NCBI GenBank assembly: GCA_963719225.1
Contig: CAVRAY010000001.1
Location: 64,001-128,000 of the forward strand
Reading direction: 5' to 3'
DNA: 64,000 nt
DNA from: Thermoanaerobaculia bacterium
Lineage (GTDB): Bacteria; Acidobacteriota; Thermoanaerobaculia; UBA5066
The translations under genes and the position numbers were made by a program. This document shows positions 40,429-50,162 of the stretch, one piece after another (the first letter of the stretch is position 1; each line of letters begins with the position of its first letter). A model generated the notes under the pieces. That model made no database searches. It saw only the letters and a list, made by a program, of their open reading frames with translations, and was not told where the DNA came from.

Positions 40429-41792
40429 ACATGTCCTTGAACGCACGCGACGCCGCGACTGCCGAGGCCCTCATCGGAATCGACACACTCTGGGGCGGCG
40501 ACGTCATGAACCCGTCCGGAACCGGCCGTTTCATCGCGGATTGCTGGTTCTCGGACGAGCCGCTTCCGCTTGCCTACACACACCCGTCGGCCGCAGCCGT
40601 GCGCGCTTCTGGTGGCGTCTCGGCGAAGGCTCCCGACGTCGCCGCGATCGAAACCTACCTCTCCGCCGTCGACGTCGGCGGCGCGATCGCGCGCGTCCTC
40701 GCGGAAGCGCGGCGCGTCGGCGGCCTCCGCGGCGATTACCTCGAAGGCCTCGGCCTCTGCTGCGAGGTCATGTGGAACCTCGCGCTGGAGATCCTCGGCA
40801 AGGGGCCGGAGGTCCCGTACGAGACGTGCGTGATGACGATCACCGGCTCTCTGCCGGAGCCTTCCCGCCCCGACGAGAAGCGCCGCCGCGTGGCCGAGCT
40901 CCTGAAGGCCGCCGGGCACGCGTCGAACGGCTCGGACTCTCTCCTCGCCTCGGTGGATGCATGGCGCCGGGAGCGGCTCGTGCCGGGCAAGTCGATTCCG
41001 GCTCTCGGCGACGCCTTCATCGCGAAGTACGACGCGCTCGCCGTGCAAAACCTCGTTCCGCACCTGCCGCGGGAGCTCGCGCGGGTTCCGCGGGCGAACG
41101 TGAAGTTCCTCGCGATCGAGAACGCCTGGTTCTCCGGGTCAATGAACTACCTCGGCCACGCGCGCCGGAAGGACGGCTCGCCGGAATACGAGGCGACGTA
41201 CGAGCTGAACGCCGCGCTCCAGATCTCGGTCCCGGAGTTCCAGCAGCTCGTGAGCCACGAAGTCGTGCCCGGCCACGTGACCACGTTCGCGTACCTGCAG
41301 GACCTCTTCTTCCGCGGCCTCGCCGCGTTCGAAGCGTCGGTCCTCACGATGTGTACGCGCGCGGCCGTCCTCTTCGAGGGCATCGCGAACAACGGAATCC
41401 TGATCGCGCACGGCGTCACCGAGGTCGACGAACTTCCGGACCCGGATCTCCAGATCGGCGTGCTCCTCGCGCTGTTGCAGGACGACGCGAAGAACCACTC
41501 CTCGTACCTCACCTGGAAAGAGAAGCTCTCCAAGGCGGATGTCGCCGCGACACTCCGGAAGGACTTCCTCGTTTCTTCGGAGCGGGCCGACAAGCTTTCC
41601 GGCGCCTGGGGCCGCCACCCGCTTCTCGGCCGGATGTATCTCCCGGCGTACCGGGCCGGGACGGAGCTCGTCGCGCGCCTGAGACGAAGCCACCCGCCCG
41701 AGACGATCCTCCCCGCGCTCTACGGCGCGAAGGGGCTCGTCGACGCGTTCACGCTCCCGCGCGTTCTGGAGGAGGCGCCGGTCTCCCGCTAG
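40425..41792 (+). CDS. Hypothetical protein with DUF885-like zincin motif
   Basis: SHEVVPGH..LFEGIAN..AYRAG; ATGA-coupled to OPT. Confidence 0.65.
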   Translation: MNMSLNARDAATAEALIGIDTLWGGDVMNPSGTGRFIADCWFSDEPLPLAYTHPSAAAVRASGGVSAKAPDVAAIETYLSAVDVGGAIARVLAEARRVGGLRGDYLEGLGLCCEVMWNLALEILGKGPEVPYETCVMTITGSLPEPSRPDEKRRRVAELLKAAGHASNGSDSLLASVDAWRRERLVPGKSIPALGDAFIAKYDALAVQNLVPHLPRELARVPRANVKFLAIENAWFSGSMNYLGHARRKDGSPEYEATYELNAALQISVPEFQQLVSHEVVPGHVTTFAYLQDLFFRGLAAFEASVLTMCTRAAVLFEGIANNGILIAHGVTEVDELPDPDLQIGVLLALLQDDAKNHSSYLTWKEKLSKADVAATLRKDFLVSSERADKLSGAWGRHPLLGRMYLPAYRAGTELVARLRRSHPPETILPALYGAKGLVDAFTLPRVLEEAPVSR

Positions 41793-41809
41793 GACCCTAT
41801 GATCGAGGG

Positions 41810-43711
41810 ATCAGCGCTTTAGATCCCGCCAGCCATTCACCGCTCGAGCCTCCCGCGAGGCCCGGACGCGGCGCACGCGCTGCGATTCCCCTTCTCCTCC
41901 TCCTTCTCGCCGTCCTCGGCGTTCAGGGGACGTTGGTCACGCAGGGTACGGGACAGCTTCTCGTCGGGGAGGCGCGCGGGGTGTCGTTCGATTCCCTGGC
42001 GAAGAACCTCATCCACCTCGACGCATCGGTCGATCCCCGCGCCATCGCCTGGGAGGGCTACACCGTCCGGGGGAAGACCTACATCTATTTCGGGGCCTTT
42101 CCGGCGCTGCTCAGAATCCTGCCCCTCCGGCTCTTCCCGTCGACCTACGGCCGCTGGTCGCGAATCTCGGTCCTCCTGGGGATCTTCCTCTCGACTCTGG
42201 GGCTCGTGCGCATCGCCCGCCGCTCCCTGGCAGCGAACGCCGGCCTCTCCGACCTTGCCCGATCGCTTCTCCTTCTCGGGGCGGTGGCGGGCTGGGGCCT
42301 GGGCACTCCCGCGACATTCGTCGCATCGTCCGCGATCATCTACCACGAGGCCATGGCCTGGGGGCTGTGCGGGGGGATCTGGGGCGCCTCGTTCGCGCTC
42401 GACCTCGCGCGGAACACCGACCATCCCCTTCGTTCGCTCGCGGGCCTGTCGGCCTCTTTCGGCGTCGCGCTTCTGTCGCGCGTGACGTTCGCGCTTCCCC
42501 TCGGCATGGCAGGCCTGATCCTCGGGGGCACGCTCCTCCTCCGGGCTCTTCATCGTCCGCGGTCCGTTCGGCTTCGCGCCGCTGCTGCGGTCGTCGCGGC
42601 ATCCCTCCCCGCTCTTGCAGCCCTTGCTTTCCAGCTCTGGTACAACGTGAAGCGCTTCGGATCGGTCTGGAACGCGATCGACACCGCGGCCACCTTTTTC
42701 CATCCCGAGCGCTTCGGAGGATTCGTGAACCTCCGGCGCGTACCGACGGTTCTCCGGGCTTACCTCGGAGATTCGGGGATCGTCTCCGTGATCCCTCCCG
42801 TCTTCGAGCCGGAAACGGTCCGATACCCGGATCCGACAATCTTCTACGGTTGGAGGGACCAGACCTTCACCCTCCTTCTCGGCTCGCCGTGGCTGGTCAT
42901 GGCGGCGGCGGCGGGCGCGGTTCTGCTGGCCCGAGGCAAGGGTCGAACCGAAGGGGTTTTGGCCGGAGCCTTCGCCGCGCAGGCGCTCTTCATCTGTTCC
43001 TTCGGCTTCGTGACACAGCGCTACGCGTCGGAGCTCCTGCCGCTCTTCGCCGTCCTCCTCGCCGCTCTTCTCTCCCGGGTTCGCTGGCCGAGCGGGTCCT
43101 CGGGACGCTCTTTCGCGGCAGGAGGCGGGTTGCTCCTGGCGTTCTCCACGGCCGCCACGCTGGGAAGCACGCTTTCGTGGAATCTCCTCTACAACGGCGA
43201 CGCCCCCCCGGAGTATCGCGCGCGACTTGCCCGGCTCCTCTCGGCACCGCCGTACCTGTCGTCCGTCGCGGGCAGGGAAGTGGCGCTGGCGGATGTCCGC
43301 GGAGCACCGCTTCCGCCGTCGTTCGGTCCGCCACGTCCCGACCGGACGTGGCGCGGGGCGCCGATCTCGATACGGGGCTGGCCGTTCGCGCGGGGAATCA
43401 CGTTTCACGCCAACTCGGCGGCCGCCTTCGAGGTCCCCGACGGGGCCGCGGAGTTCCGCGCCGTGGCCGGCCTTCCCGACGACATCAACCGATATTGGGC
43501 GACGGCCGTCGTTCTCGAGGTCCGTGACGGGCACGATCGCCTCTTGTGGCGGAGCGGCGTTCTCCGGAATGCCGCGCGACCGATTCCTGTGCACGTCCCG
43601 CTCTCGGGTGAGCGGCTCCTGATCCTCGCCGTCTCGCGCGAGCGGGGCGAGGTCCAGCGCGACGATGTCGCGACCTGGGCGGGCGCCGCGTTCGTCGTGC
43701 CGCCGAATTGA
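41810..43711 (+). CDS. Multi-TM GT-C-like membrane protein with C-terminal NPCBM/NEW2 domain (start uncertain)
   Basis: YIYFGAFPALL, IYHE, QRY; C-terminal PISIRG..FARGITFHA..FRAVAGL..LWRSG..W. Confidence 0.7.
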   Translation: MSALDPASHSPLEPPARPGRGARAAIPLLLLLLAVLGVQGTLVTQGTGQLLVGEARGVSFDSLAKNLIHLDASVDPRAIAWEGYTVRGKTYIYFGAFPALLRILPLRLFPSTYGRWSRISVLLGIFLSTLGLVRIARRSLAANAGLSDLARSLLLLGAVAGWGLGTPATFVASSAIIYHEAMAWGLCGGIWGASFALDLARNTDHPLRSLAGLSASFGVALLSRVTFALPLGMAGLILGGTLLLRALHRPRSVRLRAAAAVVAASLPALAALAFQLWYNVKRFGSVWNAIDTAATFFHPERFGGFVNLRRVPTVLRAYLGDSGIVSVIPPVFEPETVRYPDPTIFYGWRDQTFTLLLGSPWLVMAAAAGAVLLARGKGRTEGVLAGAFAAQALFICSFGFVTQRYASELLPLFAVLLAALLSRVRWPSGSSGRSFAAGGGLLLAFSTAATLGSTLSWNLLYNGDAPPEYRARLARLLSAPPYLSSVAGREVALADVRGAPLPPSFGPPRPDRTWRGAPISIRGWPFARGITFHANSAAAFEVPDGAAEFRAVAGLPDDINRYWATAVVLEVRDGHDRLLWRSGVLRNAARPIPVHVPLSGERLLILAVSRERGEVQRDDVATWAGAAFVVPPN

Positions 43712-43744
43712 CGCGAAAGGGCTGGACGACGGGCGATTTCTCCC

Positions 43745-43776
43745 AAAAACGGGTCAGCCCGTGAGAGCCAACCCGT
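43745..43776 (-). terminator. Intrinsic terminator downstream of displaced tRNA 3' end
   Basis: Minus strand ACGGGTTGGCTC-TCAC-GGGCTGACCCGT followed by TTTT. Confidence 0.7.
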
Positions 43777-43785
43777 CGATTCTTA

Positions 43786-43831
43786 TGGTTGCGGGGGGTG
43801 GATTTGAACCACCGACCTTTGGGTTATGAGC
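43786..43831 (-). repeat. Displaced 3' half of tRNA-fMet (att site)
   Basis: 46 nt matching tRNA positions 52165-52210 except 6 compensatory T-stem changes; ends in CCA. Confidence 0.9.
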
Positions 43832-43869
43832 ATCTATATCAAGTTGAATCCAATGCGATCGAAGCCAGG

Positions 43870-44571
43870 TCAGAGTAGCCCGAACACTCCCCGCAGCGTC
43901 TCGTAGATCCCGACCATGATGAAGACGATGCCCGTGGCCGGGCGCGCCCAGCGCTCGAAGCGCGCCGCGGCACGAAAGGCGTCGCCGATGCGCGCGGCGC
44001 CGAACGCGACGGCCACGGCGAGCAGCGCGACCGGCACTCCGGTCGCCACGCCGTAGACGCCCGGGAGCACAAGCACCGACCGGTGTTTCGCTGCGAGCGG
44101 CACGAGCATCCCGAAGAAGATCGCAGCCGACACCGGACAGAACGAGAGCGCGAAGACCCCGCCCAAGACGAGCGCGCCCCAGGCGCCGCCCCGCTTCACC
44201 CGCTCCTCGGAGAGCGTCGGCCCGCGCCCGGGGAGCTTCAGGTCGATGAGGCCGGTGAGGACCATCCCCACCACGATGAGGAGCGGGCCGAGGAGCTTGA
44301 AGAACGTCCCCTGGAGGAACGCGGAGATGCCGAGGAGCTGCTCCACGGCGAAGACGGCGACCGCCGCGAGCGCCACGTACGCCGCGCTTCGCCCGAACGC
44401 GTAGAGGAGGCCCGCCGTGAGCGTCCTCCGCGGCGAGCTCCCCTCGCGGCTCACAAAGGCCACCGCCACGATGTTCGTGGCGAGCGGGCAAGGGCTCACG
44501 GCGGTCAGGAGTCCCAGCCACGCGGCGGTGCCGACCGCGAGGAGCATCCCCGCCGCGGGATCAGGAGGCAT
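43870..44571 (-). CDS. arsG: ArsG-like / CcdA-DsbD-like membrane protein
   Basis: AVSPCPLATN and SFCPVS cysteine motifs, ~6 TM; ars operon context. Confidence 0.72.
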   Translation of the reverse strand: MPPDPAAGMLLAVGTAAWLGLLTAVSPCPLATNIVAVAFVSREGSSPRRTLTAGLLYAFGRSAAYVALAAVAVFAVEQLLGISAFLQGTFFKLLGPLLIVVGMVLTGLIDLKLPGRGPTLSEERVKRGGAWGALVLGGVFALSFCPVSAAIFFGMLVPLAAKHRSVLVLPGVYGVATGVPVALLAVAVAFGAARIGDAFRAAARFERWARPATGIVFIMVGIYETLRGVFGLL

Positions 44572-45043
44572 CGAGGAGGTCGCACACGGTCCCGCGGACG
44601 TACGTCATGTAGGGATCGTGGCTGCCGACGAGGTCCCAGATCTTCTCGAGGTTCACCCACCGGCCGGGCTTTCCGTCCCGCTCGTCGGCCACGACGAGCG
44701 ACTTCGTGACGAGCTTGTAGTCCTCGACGAAGTGCTTGTTCTCGGCACGGTCCACGTTGACGAGTCGGAAGACCACCGTTCCGGCAGCGATCTCCTTCGC
44801 GAAGCCCTGCTCGATGGCCTCGCGCGAGAGGGCCTCGAGCTTCTTGCAGGTGGGGCAGCGCACGTCGCCATGGAAGTACGTCACGACGACGCGGTGCGCC
44901 GGAACCGCCTTCTGCGCGGAGGGGGGCGCCTGGGGCGTGTTGGCAGAGCCCGAAGCGCCAGCACGCGACTGAATGCCGAGCGCGACGAGTGACGCGAGGG
45001 CGAACCCGCCGAGCGCGAGGGTGAGAACCGGCTTCGCGCGCAT
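44561..45043 (-). CDS. arsF: ArsF-like exported thioredoxin-fold protein
   Basis: Signal/TM then YFHGDVRCPTC; between trx and arsG-like. Confidence 0.7.
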   Translation of the reverse strand: MRAKPVLTLALGGFALASLVALGIQSRAGASGSANTPQAPPSAQKAVPAHRVVVTYFHGDVRCPTCKKLEALSREAIEQGFAKEIAAGTVVFRLVNVDRAENKHFVEDYKLVTKSLVVADERDGKPGRWVNLEKIWDLVGSHDPYMTYVRGTVCDLLDAS

Positions 45044-45051
45044 CGCTTCGC

Positions 45052-45300
45052 CTATCTCGCGACGAGTAGCTGGCGGAGCTCTTCGGCCTTCGGGATCCGG
45101 CCGGAGACGACGATCTTCCCGTCGATGACCACGCCGGGCGTCGCCATCAGGCCGATCGCCATCATCCGTTCGATCGACTCGTCCTTGACGACCTCGGCGT
45201 CGATCTTCTCCTCCTCGACGACGTGCTGCACCACGCGGAACGTCTCCTTGCAGCGCGCGCAGCCGGGGCCGAGGACCTCGATTCGTTTGCGATCCATCAT
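45052..45300 (-). CDS. Small redox-active disulfide protein (thioredoxin family)
   Basis: IEVLGPGCARC, MATPGVVIDG, SGRIP. Confidence 0.88.
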   Translation of the reverse strand: MMDRKRIEVLGPGCARCKETFRVVQHVVEEEKIDAEVVKDESIERMMAIGLMATPGVVIDGKIVVSGRIPKAEELRQLLVAR

Positions 45301-45344
45301 GTTCTTTCTCCTGAGAAAGGGTGCGTACGTCCGTTTCGGGCCGC

Positions 45345-46403
45345 TCACAGCACCGCGTTGAACAGGTAGCCCACCACGAGGATCCCGGCCGCGACCACGC
45401 CGACGAACGTCGCGATCAGGACGGGGCGGAGGACCTTCCGAAGGATGATCATCTCGGGCAGCGACAGGGCGATGACCGACATCATGAAAGCGAGGACGGT
45501 CCCGAGCGCGGCGCCCTTTCCGAGAAGCGCCTGGACGATCGGGATGATCCCCGCGGCGTTGGAGTACATCGGGACGCCGAGAAGCACGGCGAGCGGCACG
45601 CCCCACCAGACTCCCTTCCCCATGAACGAGGCCATGAAGTTCGTGGGAACGTATCCGTGGATCCCGGCGCCGACCGCGATACCCACGACCACGTAGGGCC
45701 ACACCTTCCCCACGATGTCTCCCACCGCGATGCGTCCCTCGGCGAGGCGATCCTGCCACCGCTTCGGCCCGTCACTCGCTCCGGGTCCCGCCGGGATCTG
45801 CCAGACCCAGGGCTCCACGTGGCGCTCGAGCTTCAGGCGTCCGATCGTCCAGCCGGCGACGATGGCGATCGCGAGCCCGGTGCCCAGGTAGAGCGCCGCC
45901 ACCTTCCAGCCGAAGAGCCCGAAGAGGAGGACGAGCGCGACCTCGTTGACCATCGGCGCCGAGATCAGGAAGGAGAAGGTGACGCCGAGCGGCACCCCCG
46001 CGGTGACGAAGCCGATGAAGAGCGGCACCGCCGAGCAGGAGCAGAAGGGCGTCGCGATGCCGAGGAGCGCGGCGAGGACGTTCCCCGTGGCTTCGCGTCG
46101 CCCCGCGAGGAGCTCGCGGGCGCGCCCGGGTGTGACCCAGCTCCGGAGAACCCCGACCGCGAAGACGACGCCGGTGAGAAGAAGGAGGACCTTCGGGGCC
46201 TCGAAGACGAAGAACTCTACTGCCGCGGCCAGGTGGCTTCCCGGGGCGAGGCGGAGGAGCCGGTAGGTGAAGACGGAGGAGATGCGAGAGAGCTGGGTGT
46301 AGAGGAGGACGGCGGAGCCGAGGGAAACGGCCGCGAAGAGCCAGCCTCTCCATGCCCAGACGCGAGCGGGGGAGGGTGCTTCGGCCGCGATGCTTGTGCT
46401 CAC
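45345..46403 (-). CDS. arsP: ArsP (DUF318) permease
   Basis: TPFCSCSAVP, SAPMVNE, GVPMYSN, ALSLPE. Confidence 0.88.
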   Translation of the reverse strand: MSTSIAAEAPSPARVWAWRGWLFAAVSLGSAVLLYTQLSRISSVFTYRLLRLAPGSHLAAAVEFFVFEAPKVLLLLTGVVFAVGVLRSWVTPGRARELLAGRREATGNVLAALLGIATPFCSCSAVPLFIGFVTAGVPLGVTFSFLISAPMVNEVALVLLFGLFGWKVAALYLGTGLAIAIVAGWTIGRLKLERHVEPWVWQIPAGPGASDGPKRWQDRLAEGRIAVGDIVGKVWPYVVVGIAVGAGIHGYVPTNFMASFMGKGVWWGVPLAVLLGVPMYSNAAGIIPIVQALLGKGAALGTVLAFMMSVIALSLPEMIILRKVLRPVLIATFVGVVAAGILVVGYLFNAVL

Positions 46404-46849
46404 CGCGGGCTCCCGGCCGGCTCACGGATCTCGTCCGCTTTTGCTGCCGCCGATGCGAGGCGCGGGCGCGAGAGGCGGCCGAGGTCGAGGCCCACTCCGC
46501 AGAGCTCTTCCACCGGCACCCGGCGCAGCTCCTTCACGAGGACGGCATCGGCGTGCGCATCGCGGTCTCCCTCGAGCGCCGGCCAGATCGGCTCGAAGAC
46601 GCCCTGCTCCACAGCGGCTACGGAGAGCCGGTACTCGACCCAACGTCCTTCCTTCCGTTCGGCGACGAGGCCCGCCTTCCGCAGCTCGGAGAGGTGCTCG
46701 GAGACCGTGGAGGCGGCGAGCTTGACGACGACTGTCATCTGGCAGACGCAGAGCGGGCCGCCGCGGAGCATCGCCAGGAGCCGAAGGCGAACCGGGTGGC
46801 CGATCGCCTTGTGGATCTGGACGAGGCGGGCGAGGGGCTGTGTCGTCAT
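46400..46849 (-). CDS. arsR: ArsR/SmtB family repressor
   Basis: KAIGHPVRLRLL, LCVCQM (alpha3 As site), STVSEHL, EGRWVEYRL. Confidence 0.9.
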   Translation of the reverse strand: MTTQPLARLVQIHKAIGHPVRLRLLAMLRGGPLCVCQMTVVVKLAASTVSEHLSELRKAGLVAERKEGRWVEYRLSVAAVEQGVFEPIWPALEGDRDAHADAVLVKELRRVPVEELCGVGLDLGRLSRPRLASAAAKADEIREPAGSPR

Positions 46850-46867
46850 TTCGTTATCTTCCGAAAT
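46848..46867. promoter_or_regulatory. Putative ArsR operator
   Basis: IR ATTTCG-N8-CGAAAT overlapping the arsR start codon, adjacent to TATGCT -10-like box on minus strand. Confidence 0.6.
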
Positions 46868-46985
46868 AGCATATCACTCTCCCGACCCTCCCGCAACCGA
46901 CGACAGCTCGTGCCGCGCCCGCGCTGCTAACGCTAAACTCGCCGGTGCTGGGTCAAGACGGATCGAGCTCCGTGCCTCAAGGCCC

Positions 46986-47011
46986 GAACCTGCGACCTCT
47001 GGGTTATTAGC
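46986..47011 (-). repeat. Degenerate internal tRNA-fMet fragment (att remnant)
   Basis: GAACCTGCGACCTCTGGGTTATTAGC matches tRNA 52185-52210 at 23/26, ending at the same anticodon-loop position as the 43786 copy. Confidence 0.75.
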
Positions 47012-47038
47012 TGACTCAGGATGAGGGTGCCATGCCCC

Positions 47039-48352
<1,314 letters not shown>

Positions 48353-49416
48353 TCAGTTCTTCGTGGCGCCCGGCCGCATCGCGAGAAGCGTCGTGGCACC
48401 GAGCGCCTGCAGGGCGCCGGCGGCGAAGAAGCCGACGGCGATGTGAGCGGGGAAGAGCGACCAGAGGCCGCCGACGAGTGCGCTGGAGACGAAATCGCCG
48501 ACACCGTTCGTCGCCGCCAGGACGCCCATCCCGGTCCCCTTCACGGGTGGCGCGGCGACGAGCGATGGGATGGAGACGAAGGCACCGGCCCGGATGAAAT
48601 AGAAGGGCGTCAGCAGCCCGAAGGTCAGGGTCCGCAGCCGCCGGATCAGGACGTGGTCCTTGCCGACTGTTCCCGCCAGCACCATGCCGATGACATAGGC
48701 CGGGAGCACGGCCTCGCTCCCTGCCCACGACGCGAGCGCGCCGAGCCCGAACAGGCAGAAGAGGAGGAACTTCGCCTCGAGCTCCGAGGCCGGCCGCCGT
48801 AGCTTGCGGAAGAAGCGCGGCGTGAGCCAGGGCAACACAAAGACGAGGCGAACGAGATCCCCGCAAAAACGAGGGTGCGGACGGTAAACGGCGCGAAAAT
48901 CAGCCCCAGCGCGAGCACGGTGCCAAGGTCGTTGATGAAGCAGGCCGCGAGCAGGGTCTTGCCGTAATTGGTGCGGTTGAGCCCGAACTCCAGCATCACC
49001 GCATAGACGACGGCGACCGAGGTCGTCGAGAGCGCGACGCCGGCCAGCCAACTCGGCGCTACGGCCCAGCCCAGCAGCCAGTGCGCGGCCGCGCAGCACC
49101 CAGAAACGGAGCGGTGAGAAGACCGGCAGAGGCCGAGGCGGCGGCCTCTTTCCACTTCGCGCGGAACACCTCCGGGATCGAGTTCGGCGCCGGCGAGAAA
49201 GGTGAGGACGATCGCGCCCGCGCCGGCAAGGAACATGACCCAGGCTGCCTGCGTCCCGAGCGACCGCGCCGCCGATCGCCGCGCCGATGGCAAGCTGGGC
49301 GACCGTCCCTACGACGATCTCCGACAGCGCCGCGGCGATGCGTAGCCAGATCGAAATCAGAGTGGCCAGAGCGCCAGGCCCAGCCAGAGCGCCGCGAGGG
49401 ACCAGACTTCGGTCAC
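48353..49416 (-). pseudogene. Frameshifted cation:proton antiporter fused to an MFS-like C-terminal remnant
   Basis: Fragments in different frames: MTEVWSLAALWLG, FLAGAELDP, ALSTTSVAVVY, FINDLGT, TPFYFIRAG; tail GTGMGVLAATNGVGDFVSSALVGGLW is MFS-like. Confidence 0.8.
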
Positions 49417-50140
49417 GGCTTCGGCGGCGCGGGTTCCGGCACCGTGTGCGCGACGTACTTCACGACGGTCACGTCCGAGATCGCGATGAGACATCCCTCG
49501 GTGACGACCGAGTCGAGCGCGGCGAGGAGGGCTTGATCTTCTCCTCCTCGTCGATGACGGTGATCATGATCGGGTCGTCGCTCGAGAGCGTGAGCGCGTG
49601 ATCCTTGTGGAGCCTCTTGTGCGCGCCGTAGCCGAGGATTCCCTTGTAGACGGTGGCGCCCGCGATGTCGAGCTGCCGCGCCCGTTTGACGATCGTCTGG
49701 TAGAGCGGCTCGCCCTCCCACTTGTCGTTCTCTCCGATGTGGATCCTCCGCATCTTCGCTTTCCCGACGAGCCGCACGAGGTCCTCCTTCTCGCTCGGCG
49801 CCGCGGCCTCCTGCCCGGTGCCGAGCTTCACAATGTGGGTGTCCTGGTCTCCACGAGCCCCTTCTCGACGATGTCGTAGACGTCCGCGAGCACACGGTCG
49901 ATCGCCTCGGGGGGTCGACGACGTCGATCCGGACGGGGGCGGCATCGCGCCGTCCATCTGGTCGACCCTCTGGATCGTGCCGCGTCCGGTGAAGCCCGCG
50001 AGTGCACGCGACACGGTCGCGCCCGCGAGCCTTCGGTGGCGGAAGAGGACGAGGAGCGCGTTGTAGACGCCCTGCCCTTGCCACCGGTCGGCCTCGTTCA
50101 CCGTGATGATCAGCTTCTTCGCGGGACCGGGGTGGAGCAT
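49413..50140 (-). pseudogene. Frameshifted tandem DUF190 (PII-like) protein
   Basis: Two domains with GATVSRALAGF and GATVYKGILGYG; reading frame switches near 49930, 49850 and 49530. Confidence 0.8.
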
Positions 50141-50162
50141 GGCGCCTCCTTCCGTCCTCATC

